64,000 nucleotides of DNA from Octopus vulgaris (Eukaryota): positions 51,708,001 through 51,772,000 of the forward strand of contig OX597826.1 of assembly GCA_951406725.2 (NCBI GenBank), in the 5' to 3' direction. Both the position numbers and the translations under genes were made by a program. Shown in pieces: positions 1 through 14,045 of this stretch (position 1 is its first letter; each line of letters begins with the position of its first letter). The notes under the pieces were generated by a model, which made no database searches, was not told the origin of the DNA, and was given only the letters and a program-made list of their open reading frames with translations.

Positions 1-60
1 CTTTCCCAAAATGGCTGCCCTTGTGGCAAAATTTGAAATCATTATTATTAAGGCAGCTAA

Positions 61-196
61 GGCAGCGAGCTAGCAGAATAGATTGCACGCTGGGCTAAAT
101 ACTTAGCGGCAGTTCGTCCGTCTTCGTGGTCTGATTTCAAATGCGGCCGAGGTTCACTTTACAATTCTCTTTTCGGTGTCGATAAAATAAGTACGA
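61..196 (+). mobile_element. Degraded tRNA-derived SINE (family with Meta-domain-like core)
   Basis: Head ggcagcgagctagcagaa...ttcaaatgcggccgaggttcactt...gtcgataaaataagtac. Related copies occur at 17260, 17445, 28048, 59668 and 63420. The family assignment is from memory. Confidence 0.6.
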
Positions 197-514
197 ATTG
201 AACTGCTAACATTTGAAATTATTATTTTGATAAAGGCAAGAAGCTGAGAGAATAATTAGCGCGTCAGACAAAATGCTTTACTACATTTCATGCAGTTCCT
301 AAGGTTTTGAATTGAAATAATACACGCATACGGGAAAGCCTACTTTTCTCTGTCCAGGGCTTATATGCCCCATTATTAGATTATTTTCTTTAGTCATTTG
401 CACGGTGATCTCTATAAGCTTTAAGCCTAGAAATAATACCATATATATATACGTACATAATCCAATTATATGTATATGTACATAACTCCATTATATATAT
501 ATATATATATATAT

Positions 515-790
515 TGCTATATTTCGGAATGGTCATTTTGCCAGTTTAGCCAATAAAAACACACGCACTATATATTTGATGTTACTTTGCTTCAGTGTTA
601 TTTATTTTTTACATTAATCTTAATCTTATTTCGGCCAGAGATCTTTCGTCACACTCCTGTAACCGCATCAGTGGTCCTTTGTTTTCTTCTTTCTTATTTG
701 TGTCTCCCCTTACTAACCGTTATTGGCTAAACTGGCAAATTGACCATTCCGAAATATAACAATATCTGTTTCACATAAAAAAATCTTGCA
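515..790 (-). mobile_element. Short PLE-derived element with ~45-bp inverted arms and a hammerhead-like motif, between (TA)n tracts
   Basis: tatttcggaatggtcattttgccagtttagccaataa (~520-556) is inverted at ~720-756 with one mismatch. (TA)n lies on both sides. Confidence 0.65.
633..677 (-). ncRNA. Minimal type I hammerhead ribozyme, variant core
   Basis: Minus strand reads ggacca CUGAUGC g guuaca-ggag-ugugac GAAA GAUC UC uggcc. It has a 6-bp stem II and palindromic stem III (AGAUCU). The core deviates from CUGANGA. Confidence 0.55.
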
Positions 791-808
791 CAACAAATAT
801 ATAAACGT

Positions 809-863
<55 letters not shown>

Positions 864-1517
864 AATTAGATATTGATATTAATAACTGTGGTGCATATAT
901 AATATCGTAGCTATGACGAGCTTCTTTAGCGTAATTTGTACATCAACTCACCTATGAGTAGTATTTGTATTAAACGTAACAGGGTCGGTTGAAACAAGGT
1001 GACAAAACAATAAATGAATAGCATTTATCTAATCAATATCGTTATCTTTCTCAATAAATATGGTTTAACGTAGTATATTCAGGTGTGGTCATGTTAATTG
1101 TTATTTAAAAGTTATTAACTTCTGACAGTTAGATTACAAATATGTATAATATGACGTTGCTATGTGGACAGGAAAATTATCAACTGCAAACAAAAAAACA
1201 AAAAGTAAAAATAAGAGTAAAAACTTACAACCTAATGGAATTAGGCGTTTTTATGTGGTTGCACAGTATCTGAGGGTGTGGTCGGAAATGAACTTTTGCA
1301 AATTAAGCTAATTTTTTTTCTTGGTTTATATTTTATGTAATATTTTAGAATAGTCTCATGAAGGGATGGCGTTATCTAAGAATGTACTGGTTCAATACCT
1401 AATATATTTTGGGGTGGTTAATATCCATAAAATAACAACGGGTTTATATATCATATGAGGATATGTACGTATGTACTTGTAATTTCATGTAAATAATTGT
1501 GAATGTCCCTGTGTGTC

Positions 1518-1612
<95 letters not shown>

Positions 1613-2235
1613 ATATATATACATATATATGTACATGTGTTTATGTATATATGTGTATGTATCTATCTATCTATATATATATATATATTTATAAATACAT
1701 ACATATATATATATATATGTACATGTGTATATATTTTTATATGTATGTGTGTATATATCTATATATACTGAATCTACAGATGAATGTATGATCGCGTGAT
1801 TGCAAATATATGTGTAATTTTATATATAGATGTGTTTTTCTCAGTTTTTATATATAAAATACAAATATAATTGAATTCCTCACCTCATTCATATTGTAGT
1901 TTATTCACATTTAATTTAATCTACAATCTCTATTTACTTACTCTTCGTTACCCTAATTATATTTGCATACTATATCTTACGCATAACAAACCTGTTTCCC
2001 CATCACCTAGACATATACGATTACTAATCAAAAACAGTATTATTCAGGCTGCCGTGATGTTTCAAATAACTAACACATAAAATATCGAAGGGTATATTCT
2101 TACTCCTCTGGAGTGATTTAGCTCAGAAATATGACTAGTATTTTAAAAATTTCGCTAAGCTCAATTGAAACAGCTTTAAGGGATAATGATCGATTTTTTG
2201 CTGAAAATAAACCCTTAACTTTAATATCCCCATTT

Positions 2236-2336
2236 CTTCTTCTTCTTCTTCTTCTTCTTCTTCTTCTTCTTCTTCTTCTTCTTCTTCTTCTTCTTCTTCT
2301 TCTTCTTCTTCTTCTTCTTCTTCTTCTTCTTCTTCT

Positions 2337-2384
<48 letters not shown>

Positions 2385-2425
2385 TTATATATATATATAT
2401 ATATGATCAACTGCATGTATATATG

Positions 2426-2500
<75 letters not shown>
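2236..2500. repeat. Compound microsatellite (CTT)n-(CT)n-(TA)n
   Basis: Directly visible; the source of the poly-L and poly-E ORFs. Confidence 0.95.
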
Positions 2501-2503
<3 letters not shown>

Positions 2504-2990
2504 TAGTTGAATGAATTATCTTAGTATGGATAATTCGGTTAACCGATACTTGGGTAGCAAATTCACGTCAGAAAAACACGGTTGAAGCTACATGCCAAGG
2601 GCAGAGATCACGTGCTTTCGTGTGGAAATTTGTGTGTTTTTTTAATACAAATAAATGAAAGAATGGATTTGAACGACGATTTAACAAAATTCCTTTATTC
2701 TCGACATATGTTTCGAAGGCTGCATATTCCTAATTTCGAAGGAATAAGGGGTGCATTATGCCGCCTTCTCATCAGGAAAAACAAGGAACTTATGTCAGCA
2801 TCAAGATGAACAAAAACTCTTAGATGACTGCCCACACGGAGCCCATAGCGATAATGAGTGTTTCTTTAAAATATTCCGTTATAAGCAGTGACGTAAAAAA
2901 TGGTTGGTTGAATGTAGAAGATTCTAGAAAGTTCAAGGGTTCAAACAAGGTTGGCGGAGAGAGGTCTAAGAATAGGAAGGTGACAGGGTG
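2501..2990 (-). mobile_element. Hammerhead-containing PLE/retrozyme-like element abutting (TA)n
   Basis: Begins immediately after (TA)n and contains the intact hammerhead at 2688-2790. The right boundary is approximate. Confidence 0.55.
2688..2790 (-). ncRNA. Type I hammerhead ribozyme (intact core)
   Basis: Minus strand reads aguuccuuguuuuuc CUGAUGA gaaggc...gccuuc GAAA CAUAUG UC gagaauaaaggaauu. Stem I has 13 pairs with a 2x2 internal loop, stem III is the palindrome ACAUAUGU, and the triplet is GUC. Predicted cut between 2703 and 2702. Confidence 0.85.
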
Positions 2991-3679
2991 CATATATATA
3001 TATATCAGTAAAAAATAAACGGCCGGTTACACGCCGGACTGCTCCAATCTGGCCTGCCCCAAGAAAATCTACGCCAAGAGCACTAGATTATTTGGAAGAA
3101 TGTATATGAAAATAAGGACGAAAAAATGGAGAAATATCATACAAAAACAAATACAAACAACAAGACAATTACAACAGTTATCTTTCGACTAAAGACGAAT
3201 TGAATGAAGCTGTCGTGTGTGGACTGAAGCCATACGGCAGGAACATAAGTGATGAAAGTCATGGGAAGGAATATAAGAGTTGCTACACGGGTAGAAGTCG
3301 AACCAAGAAAGAAAGGTCAGGCTTGGCGGAACACCGGTCACGTGGAAGGAGAAGAGAGATGTAGGGGGCCGACGGATTGAAGAATTAGGGAGGGACGAGA
3401 AAGAGAGGAAAAGAAAGGGAAGGGAAATCCTACCATACTCTATGTCTAGGTACGATAGTATAGAACTCACAGTGACATAAGCAACACTGAAGGCATCAAT
3501 TGTTGATTGGTAGGATGCTTTTTATATGTAAGTGCCAAATCAACTTTCAACCATAGATCCGAACCTTTGGGTGGCGCTTCCACCAATGGAGTTTATTAAA
3601 TATATATATATATATATATGCATATGTGAGTACAAGTGTGTGACTGTGGGCGTGTGGGTGTGTGAATAGGATTATCATA

Positions 3680-4200
3680 TTAATCTACTGCGGCTTTATA
3701 TTTTGAAAGTCTATATTTCGAAAATGCTGTCGTCTCTAGTAATTTACTAATGCTTTTTTCCTTGTGTTTTGGTTTGTCTAACATTATATGAATGTAATTT
3801 GACATATTATGTTTCCATATGTTGTGACTGTAAATCTTATTCTTGAATATTCGTAACGCGAATGTCATCTGTGTGTTAGTCGTATTAATGCTGTTCCAGC
3901 GTCTTAAAACTGGTGAATCATGATTATTTCTGTCTGTGAAGGATTTTCAAAATATATTCTATGCAGACTTCTGATGTCTGGAAAGATAATAATATTACTT
4001 CGTGTTTTTTGTTTTACAAAATTGCTGATGTTTGTAGTAAAGATGGTGGTTTCATTGTTTGAGTTATTGATCCTGTGATATCATGCATTTATGTGTAGTT
4101 TGGGCAAATGTTTAAGTTCAATTATTTTGCTCTGAATATTTTGGCAAAACTCTTGGCTATTTAGGGATTTTAAAATAAGTTTCCTGAAGAACAATACCTT
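3680..4200 (-). mobile_element. Heavily decayed PLE linker/GIY-YIG remnant
   Basis: Fragmentary minus-strand translation (IRLTHRMT...HIMLDKPK...RLSKYK) loosely resembles the PLE endonuclease C-terminus. Many stops and frameshifts. Confidence 0.35.
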
Positions 4201-6188
4201 TTAATTTAACCCGATAACTTTCACAAAATTTGAAACATTATTTCCCTCTATTAACGGATTTGTATCGTTTAATCGGCGTTCAATCAATGCCCAAAGCGTG
4301 TTTCGGTGCTTATTATATTCGCGATTCCCTTATCCAGTGTGTAATACCATTTATATGTTGAGAGGATGTCAATAGCGGATGTCTAGCTGCATAAGCGAGT
4401 TCAGTCTCCTTCATTAGCTGACCACAAGCATGTGATAAACATATGCACGCTTTTTCTTTCTGTAAAGTGCACTTTAGTTTTTTACTGCATAAAACATGAT
4501 TCTTTATCTAGCGGTGATAAATTTGACTCAAAATCTTTGTTGATTTGCTTTTTTTTTTTTGCATACTGGATGAAACAAATCAGGAACACGTAATTACGAA
4601 ACTGATCGACTATAAGCGGTACCATTTTACTGATCTAAGTCAGATAAAATTAAGACGAGTCATCTTCGAGGTTTAAAGAGAAAACTAAATATCTTGTGTT
4701 GTTGACCTCTACCTCAGTGAGCTAAACTCTCTGTCGAATGGCAGCCTTCTATATCGAATAACGTATCAAGTGAAATTTATCTATGAAAATATATATCGTA
4801 TTCGATACTTGAAAATAGTATGAATTGTTGGATTGTAATGTCTCAGCAAAGTATAATTATATTTCACAGCAGGAGAACAGGACAATTGTCTATAAATTAT
4901 GACAATAAACATTATATTTAATATTCGCCAGAATTTGAAAATATGGAAAGAGAAATTCTCAATGATAAACAGTAGGCAGCTTTTACCACAGAGTTAATAT
5001 AAAAGGGAGAGAGGGAGAGAGAGAGAGAGAGAGGCACAGAGGAACAGATCGGGGTGGGGAGAGGGAGAGAAAGAGTGCCATAAAAACATCGAAATTAGAT
5101 TATAAAATTAACGTCTCGTATATATGTAAATACGCACATTCTTGCTTGAGTTACACCTATACCTATATGAATTTATAAGAGTATATATATATATATATAT
5201 ATATACATCCATATCTATCTATAAACATCAATATCTATCTGTATATATGTATATACATTATACATATATATCTATACATATATATATGTATATACATATC
5301 TATACACTCACATATATATATATACATTCATATATACGTATATATATATATACACACACACACACACATATATATATGTATATATATGTGTGTGTGTATG
5401 TATGTAAGTATGTATATCTACACACACATATATATATATATATATTCATATATACATACACATATGTATATACATGCACACATACATATATATTATTATA
5501 TATAACGAGATATTTTATAGACTCAACTAAATTTAAATTTTTTCTATATTGAAATAAAATATGCAGTTTAGTAAAGAAAAACACATAATTTACTTTATTT
5601 CTCTACATTTTCTATTACTATTTGATTGCAACATTTTACTTTATTGTTATATTTTATAACAGTTCTTGAGTGTCTGTCTGTGCGTGCTTGCGCTTCGATA
5701 TGATTTCTTTTTATTATTCAATTAAGTCCACATTGTAATTTGTAGCGCTAAACCACGTACATTGTGCATTGCTGTAAATATTTTGCTTATACATACATAC
5801 ATACATACATACATACATACATACATACATACATACGTACATACATACATACATACATACATACATACATTCATCAAAACAGGAGGCTGGAAAAATATTT
5901 TGGCGTTATTTATTCCACACACATATATATATATATATATGTGTGTGTATATATATATATATGTTTATATATATATATATATATATATATAGCGGCCATG
6001 CTGGGGCACCACAGCTGAATGAGCTACACTAATATCTGAATCCACCTCTGATACGTGTATATATATATATATATATATGTGTATATATATGTATATATAT
6101 ATGTGTGTGTGTATATATGTAAACATACATATACACCCCCTCGTGTATGTGTATGTTTATATACATATATATGTATATATATATATAT

Positions 6189-6253
<65 letters not shown>

Positions 6254-6426
6254 CTGTATATACATATATAATTTCCCTTATGTAACGTGTTATATACTCG
6301 TTATACCTCTGCTCGTTGTCACTTCTTATTGTCCTGGGCGACTAAACATCCTCAGAATGATGCATGCCCTCAAACATTCGAACTTCTATACCCGGAAACC
6401 CACCCTCTAAAGATAAAAAACTACAA

Positions 6427-6484
<58 letters not shown>

Positions 6485-6832
6485 TATATTACATCTTATA
6501 TTTTGAACAAAAAGTTCCACGCTGTTTCTAAGTAAATGATGTGTAATTTAACTTTTAGGATAACGCACAAAACTTTTGAAGCGGATGCATTTGAACTTAC
6601 ATCAAGAGAAACAACTACAAACTTTACAAACTTCTAATGTGGTTGCTGTTTACACAGTGGCGCCAACCATATTATATTCCTTTATCAGCTCAGCCACTAA
6701 ATGACGACATAAACGTAGTTAAATACTGATCTGGTCACTGTAAGCGGCCATGCCACAAGCGGTTTAGAGACTAAACTATTAACTCAATTAGCAATACGTA
6801 TAAATCGTTTATGGAATATGAAATAATAAATT

Positions 6833-7169
6833 CTTTACTCTTTTACTTGTTTCAGTCATTTGACTGTGGTGATGCTGGAGCAACGCCTTTAGTCGAGCAA
6901 ATCGACCCCAGGACTTATTCTTTGTACGCCTAGTACTTATTTTAACGGTATATTATGCCGAACCGCTAAGTTACGGGGACGTAAACAGACCAGATTTGGT
7001 TGTCAAGCGATGTTGTGGGGACAAACACAGACACACAAACGTATACACATACATACATATATAAATATATACATATATACGGCGGGCTTCTTTCAGTTTC
7101 CGTCTACCAAATCCACTCACAAGGCTTTGGTCGGCCCTAGGCTACATTAGAATACACTTGCCCAAGGTG
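6833..7169 (-). mobile_element. Abundant tRNA/CORE-type SINE, 5'-truncated
   Basis: tttacttgtttcagtcatttgactg...gaaccgctaagttacggggacg...ttccgtctaccaaatccactcacaagg; matches the full copies at 38987 and 59021. Confidence 0.85.
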
Positions 7170-7357
7170 ACAAATTCGTACCTTCATATTGACGCATGGA
7201 ACGTTAAAGAAATATAATGAGCAATATTTCAATTTTATTGATGGCTTCGACCGACAACTCTCGGTATGGTTCAGAGTTATTATCGAAGAAAAGAGTTTAC
7301 GCTAATTGTTCAAGCCATGCTGCAAGAAACACTTATTTATTCTGCAAAACGTAATTG

Positions 7358-7578
7358 AGAGGGCGCATAACTTAATGGTCAGAAGTTTGCACGCGAGGTC
7401 GTGGTTTCAGCTCTTGGATCGGATGGTCCGTTGTGTTCTTGTGCAAAGCACTTCCTCTCCGTGCACCTATTCAGACAACGTCAGTTTGATATGAGGAAGC
7501 AGTGACTTTTGATCCCTATAGACAAAACGTTTGTGCTGCAAGAAATTTCTGAAGCGTCTTTCTCGGACCACGAGTAAC

Positions 7579-7580
<2 letters not shown>
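7358..7580 (+). mobile_element. Degraded tRNA-derived SINE (second family)
   Basis: A/B-box-like head followed by gttgtgttcttgtgcaaagcactt; similar to 60770-60980. Confidence 0.45.
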
Positions 7581-7622
<42 letters not shown>

Positions 7623-7628
<6 letters not shown>

Positions 7629-7730
7629 CATTTTATAAAGGGCTTAGTAAAATAAATTACTTTGCCACATACTGAGTTCAATATGTGGCAAAGTAATTTA
7701 TTTTACTAAGCCCTTTATAAAATGTAATAT
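7623..7730. repeat. Perfect 49-bp inverted repeat with 10-nt spacer, in an insert between (TA)n tracts
   Basis: 7623-7671 is the exact reverse complement of 7682-7730. Confidence 0.95.
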
Positions 7731-7816
7731 TTTGAATTCGCCTTAAATGGTCCCTTTACATACTGAATACTTGGTGAAATTGATTAATAATTAATTAATT
7801 TTACCCTCAATTGTTG

Positions 7817-7860
<44 letters not shown>

Positions 7861-9726
7861 GGTGTATGTGTGTGTTTATCTAAACCATTGTGGCTATGTG
7901 TTTGGTAGGTAGCATTATCACTCTCCGTTAGACTGTATGTTTATATTCCTAACAATATGTATCTCTGGTTTAGATATTGTGCAGATTTTAAAATTAAGTG
8001 GTTAATTAAAACTTATGGTGATAGCTCTAAAATTACAATTATCATTTAAAAAAATCATCCAATTAAAGTTTCAGATTTTATGAATTCAGAAATTAATAAA
8101 TGAAAAAATAACAAAACAAAACAATAAACAACAATAACAACAGCAGCAAGAGTGTATTGAACTCAATAATTAAAGAATAATACAATAAAAATAGAAGTGA
8201 AACAGATTCTAAAGGGTGAAACATCGGTATCTACGTTGTATTAGAAAATTCCACTGATGTTGGCATTTATCTTTTCTGGTTGTTCCCTAACACAATAACC
8301 TCATATCCCCGCTTCTCTTTATCATTAAGGAGCAATATCTAGATTTCCTCTTGGTTCTGAAGACTTACGTAATAGTTGTCACCTGAATGGGAAGATTGAT
8401 TTCCTTCCCGCGCGTCATTGATTTATCTCTTTCATTTTCTCTGTATTTTACTCATTCTAGCATTAGAAGCTACTTGCCGCACTACGCTTATCCTTCATGA
8501 ATGTGGGATTCACCGTGGCAGACCAGACGCATTCTCATAGAATTGGTGGAAAGAGAATGGGTGTGATTTGCCTTCTAGTCGTCAGATGCTGATTCTAAGT
8601 ACGGGGTGAACATTTCGGTTTCCCAGCTGGTAAACGAAATTTTGTGGGTGCAATAATGCCTGGCTTCTTGCATTATTGTTGTACGATCAACTGCTGATCT
8701 CCACTCTCTCTAGTCTTCATTCTTCTCTTACTGCCATGTGTTCAACACCTGTACTTTCCGATCCGATTCATATGGTTTTCGTCAGCACTCAGGAGACACT
8801 ACAGCTTTGGGATGGCTTTGCGATTTTCGGAAATATTCATGATCGGCCTTGGATTGTTTTGTTTTTCACTTGGGTTACCCTTGTTGACTATAGGATTACG
8901 ACCAATATCACTGCAAATGACTTTAGCTGTGTGTGAACCATGCATCCAACGACCTCATATATTGTTGCTCAAGAAGTTGGACAAACTTGTCGAACTTCAT
9001 CTGAGCCTGTCACGCTTTCATATAATCTCATGTACCCTTTGTTGAACGATGTAAACAAGATTATTCCTCATATTTTGCCACAGCTTCCTTCAGCTGCTGC
9101 TGCACATTTTTTTATGGGGTTGTGTAACTGAAACCGTTGATTCTGCGAGAAGCATGAGTATTTCTCTTTGTCTGTTGCTATTCCTTCTATTAAATCATCA
9201 AGGAATGAGTCAGATGTCCTGAAATTCTGTTCTATATTAATTTTTGTTTCTTTTTCTGAGAAGTGAAACTAAGTTATAAATTACAATTTGACAGGCGACC
9301 TTAGTAAAAAGTTTCCTACAATTGCTGCAGTCTTTGTTGTCGGTTGGTTTTTATGAGATTTCTCTATGGCCTGTGTAGTGCCGATGTTTTTGTTTGTAGA
9401 AGTGTTGCTAATTTTCTTTTTCTTTTCCTATATTTAATTTGTGAAATTTATGTCCGAGTTTACAAAATTTTCGAAGATCTGTTCAAAATTCTTGCGGTCG
9501 TGTTGGCAAGAAAAAAAAAGAAAGACATATTGTTACACCATGAACCGAATATTTACAAAATATTAAATACAAAACGCATCTAGCTGTAGGCCAAATTTGT
9601 TTTTATGGGTAAATGGAACAAAAATGTTCACGCCTAATTATCTCGCTTACACCAGAAATGATATTTCTAGCTCGATAATACTAGACACGTCCGCTTCTCT
9701 GAAAACAATATAATAATAACAAAGTT

Positions 9727-9727
9727 G

Positions 9728-9783
<56 letters not shown>

Positions 9784-9805
9784 GCTACTACTACTGCTAC
9801 TGCTG

Positions 9806-9872
<67 letters not shown>

Positions 9873-9928
9873 AACCACCACCACCGCCACCAATACTATC
9901 ATGACTACTACTACTACTACTACTGCTG

Positions 9929-9980
<52 letters not shown>

Positions 9981-10030
9981 CAACAGCAACAACAACAACA
10001 ATAAGAAGAAGGCGAAGAAGAAGAAAAAGA
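9727..10030. repeat. (CTA)n/(CAA)n/(GAA)n trinucleotide tract
   Basis: Directly visible. Confidence 0.95.
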
Positions 10031-11184
10031 TGAAGAATACTTTGCTTTGCTTGTACCGTTCTCCTATTTTTTATATTTTAAAAGCTTTTATTGGAAATGT
10101 TATATGTTTAGAATGTTGTATGTTTAGACTGTTCGAGAAATATAACTGACAATCTTTTATGTTGCACTTTCATTATTGTATCACGCGGAGCAAAATTCCC
10201 TCTCAAAACAGATTGGTGATATAATCATTTATTGCAAGCCTGTCGCTTCTGGAAATCAAGCCTATATCACGTATTCCGATCCATTTCTGACAAAATGTTG
10301 TTTCTTGTGAGCCTAGATTGTTTCGAAGACTCTAACATATCATTCTTCGTTTATTATAAAGATAGCGGGGAGGAACAACTTTAAGTAAAGTGAAAATATT
10401 TACTGTTTTCTTTTCCACGCAGAAATAAGTACATTTTCTAAATTATTTTTGTCATGTTAAAGGGAGAAATATAAAAAAAAAATATACATTCATTTCATGG
10501 CCATTTAAATGTGCTATTAGATTACCAAACGCGCGCACACATACACACAAACAGAGGCACGCATACACACGCACTCACGTATTCGTCCATGAGTGTGTGC
10601 GCATTGTGATAGCGGTCGGTTCTGCGTAATTGTTTTTCAGTATTATTATTTTTTTCCTTTCATATGCCAAAAACGATTTGGAAAATGTACTTTCGTTCTC
10701 CGCGGCAAAAGAAAATATTGATATTTCCAATTCCCAAACATACATACATTTAAATGAATGTATATGTGCAGGCATACATATTACTTGCCTACGCACATAT
10801 ATAACTATGTATGCATGTATGTATGTATGTATGTATGTATGTATGTATGTATGTATGTATGTATGTATGTATGTATGTATGTATGTATGTATGTATGTAT
10901 GTATGTATCTATCTATCTATCTACCTATCTATATATCTACATATAGTCACCGCAATAGTTGTGTGCATAAAATGTGTGCTTCGTGATCATGTGGTTTCGA
11001 ATTCAGTGACCCTCCGCGGAAAGTAGCTTCTTCTATATCCCCAGACGACCCGTACACTGTGAGTAAGTTTGGAAACTGTGGAAGACTCGCGTGTGTATAA
11101 AGTATATATATATATATATATATATATGATGGATTCTCTTGTCATGAACAAAAAATGAGGATTTAATAAAATAAAGCGTTAATC

Positions 11185-11480
11185 CTGTACTATAGACACG
11201 AATGTGTACCTTGAGGCCTGCTGGTGTGTTGTAAACCTTTTGGCAAATGGCATAAGTTGAGGACTCAGTTTGCTTGAAAGCTTTTGGATCAATTGTGTTT
11301 TCTTGAATAGAGAGCAAGGCCTGCTTCGTGCCATAAATCCACAATGAAGATGAAGGTTTCCATCTAGAGGAGCATCGTTTTTCCAGCTGCCTTCATATTT
11401 GCACGATGTTGGTCTCGATGTTGGAGTCGACTTTGCTCAAGTTTTTGAACTGGCGTCCTGCGTTCTAATGCTTTTTTTAT
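11185..11480 (-). mobile_element. LINE 3' remnant with C-terminal zinc-finger-like motif (RTE-like)
   Basis: Minus ORF contains ICQKVYNTPAGLKVHIR, resembling the C2H2 motif that ends some RTE-clade ORF2 proteins. Confidence 0.4.
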
Positions 11481-11482
11481 AG

Positions 11483-11519
<37 letters not shown>

Positions 11520-12356
11520 ATGAAGTAGAAAGATTCAATTGAGAATCTAATAACTTATTTATATTATAATATGACATAATATACTATCAGTATAATATAA
11601 GATAACATTTAAAGTCATTAAAGAAACCAAAAGTGCCAACAATTGGTTTCGACTTATATACATTATTTGATTATAAACAATTCATATCGATTTATATAAA
11701 TCTCTTCAGAGCTTTGGATTTAAAGACAGACGAAATTCCGTGTGAAAGGACATCAGGATTGTAAAAAAGTAATTCAAATGCTTATCTCTATGAGCGTGAG
11801 CGTTAACTTTTCAACTACTTAACAATTACAACTAAAAAAAAAATGAAAAGAACAATAAAATTATAATGGACAAAAGAATTAAGTAAATAGGATCTACAAC
11901 TATCGAAAGATATTTCTATATATCTAAAATAATATTAATCCAATTTCGTTTTCGTCGAAGACAATCTATGGCTATTGTAATAACATACAACAGTAATATA
12001 TAGGTATATAAATTAAGTATCAGGGTCTTACTTAATCTAGGGACTGTAATAAAATGTGTAAATAAATATAAATGATAATATAATATTATACTATATATGG
12101 TAATATATAACAATTCATCTCTTTTATTTAAAATTATCGATATAAAAAAAATGTTTGAAGTAACTAACGAAAAAGAAAATATTATATAAATGGGTACGAA
12201 ATGTTTATAAATCAAATAATATATATAAGTTGAAACAAATAGTTGGCTCTTTTGGTTTTTTAATGTTTTTTTCGGTTATATTGTATTATATTCATAATAT
12301 ATTATGTAATATCATAATATAAATAAATTACTGGGTTATCAATTGAATCTGGCTAC
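11520..12356 (-). mobile_element. Old PLE-derived element with ~175-bp degenerate inverted arms
   Basis: 11525-11700 is approximately the reverse complement of 12181-12356 (e.g. agattcaattga/tcaattgaatct). Begins at (TA)n. Confidence 0.65.
11627..11717 (-). ncRNA. Decayed hammerhead ribozyme
   Basis: Minus strand reads ccaaagcu CUGAAGA gauuuauaua...uauauaaguc GAAA CCAAUUG UU ggcacuuuugg. Core and 10-bp stem II are intact; stems I and III are degenerate. Confidence 0.55.
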
Positions 12357-12475
12357 CTAATTTCTTTGCAATTGGCATTATACTCCTATGTATGTGGTAT
12401 TCAACTGAAGTACCAATGAACTGGATGTCTTGCACCCCCCATTTGAAGGAATTCCTTTCCTTAGTTTGTTACTTC

Positions 12476-12562
<87 letters not shown>

Positions 12563-13086
12563 TATATATATATATACGCTCATAGCTGTGTGTATGTGTA
12601 TGTGTATGCGTGCGTGTGTTTGTATTTGTCACCACATCAAAGTTCCACATACATGATAATCTACATACTTAAGATTTACATACATGTCAGCTTCGTAAGT
12701 AATCACTCATTGATTGGTTCAAAACAGAATTCAGACCCCCTCTCAACACACTTCCTCCTTTTCTATATTTACCAATCACATTTTAAACATGCATGAAACT
12801 CTTCAACCTCACAGACGTTACGCCAGATTTCTTGCTACAAGTTTCTGCCTCTTCACTAACACTTGTCCTCTCAGCTCAGTCTAGTTTCGGCTCTTTTCTG
12901 TCGGCTGTCTTTAGTTTTCTTCTCTTTAATAATTTAAACAACTATTATAAAACGTCCTCTTCATTGGTAAACAAATACTTGTGTCAAAACCATTCATAAC
13001 ATCTAAGACATAGATATAAACAAGTTATATATCATGTCTTTTACATTTTCTCTCACTGTGTTTATACATATATAAATATATATATG

Positions 13087-13141
<55 letters not shown>

Positions 13142-13320
13142 CTGTGTGTGTGTGTCTGCGTGTGTGTGTGTATGAGAGGTTTTGATATCCAGAAGATTCC
13201 AAATGGCAGGTAAGACTATAAGTTCTACAGAAGAATCGTAGTTAGACTCCAGGTTTGATGATAGTAAGAGTGAGGAGACTAATGCGGTCGAGGAGTGAGG
13301 AGTCCCACAAACAACACATT

Positions 13321-13362
<42 letters not shown>

Positions 13363-13364
<2 letters not shown>

Positions 13365-13738
13365 TCAGTAAAAACAACTAAGATTCAAGGGAGTTCCAAT
13401 GAATTCACATGAATGCGGTACTTAACTTAGATGTACCAGAAATCTATATAGTATTAACCATAAAATAATGTGGGGTGATTATAAACAAGAAAAAAGCAAC
13501 AAGAATGGATTAGTTGTTCAGTACAATTGTTTCATACGAAGAACAGCTTTATTAAAAGCTGCAAATATTGCAGCAAATACAAATGTCCCGTATTCAACAG
13601 CCAAAACACATATGAGTTTTCCAAACATCCTAGGGGGTGAGGCTACACTCATGAAGTATCGAAGAGAGTTCTATAAAAAGCAAAGTTAGATTGGAAGCAG
13701 ACTTCAAAAGTTATCTAATGATGCACAGTTTTATAAAA

Positions 13739-13745
<7 letters not shown>
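13363..13745 (-). mobile_element. PLE-derived insert between (TA)n tracts
   Basis: Unique sequence flanked by (TA)n on both sides, carrying a hammerhead-like motif. Confidence 0.5.
13516..13606 (-). ncRNA. Hammerhead-like motif with one core substitution
   Basis: Minus strand reads uuugg CUGUUGA auacg...cguau GAAA CAAUUG UA cugaa. Stem III is the palindrome ACAAUUGU; the core has A6->U. Confidence 0.55.
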
Positions 13746-13831
<86 letters not shown>

Positions 13832-13940
13832 TGTATATATATATATATACACAATACTCATAGTGATATTCACTTAAAATTATTACGATCTAACAAGGTG
13901 CATCATTTTAAATACCTACTGCATCTTAATTGCATAGACA

Positions 13941-14017
<77 letters not shown>

Positions 14018-14045
14018 CTTATTGTTAAGCATATACTTATGTACA

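Noticed and set aside
6281-6425. Possible solo LTR (tgtaac...ctaca)
   Set aside because: No TSD and no second copy in the window.
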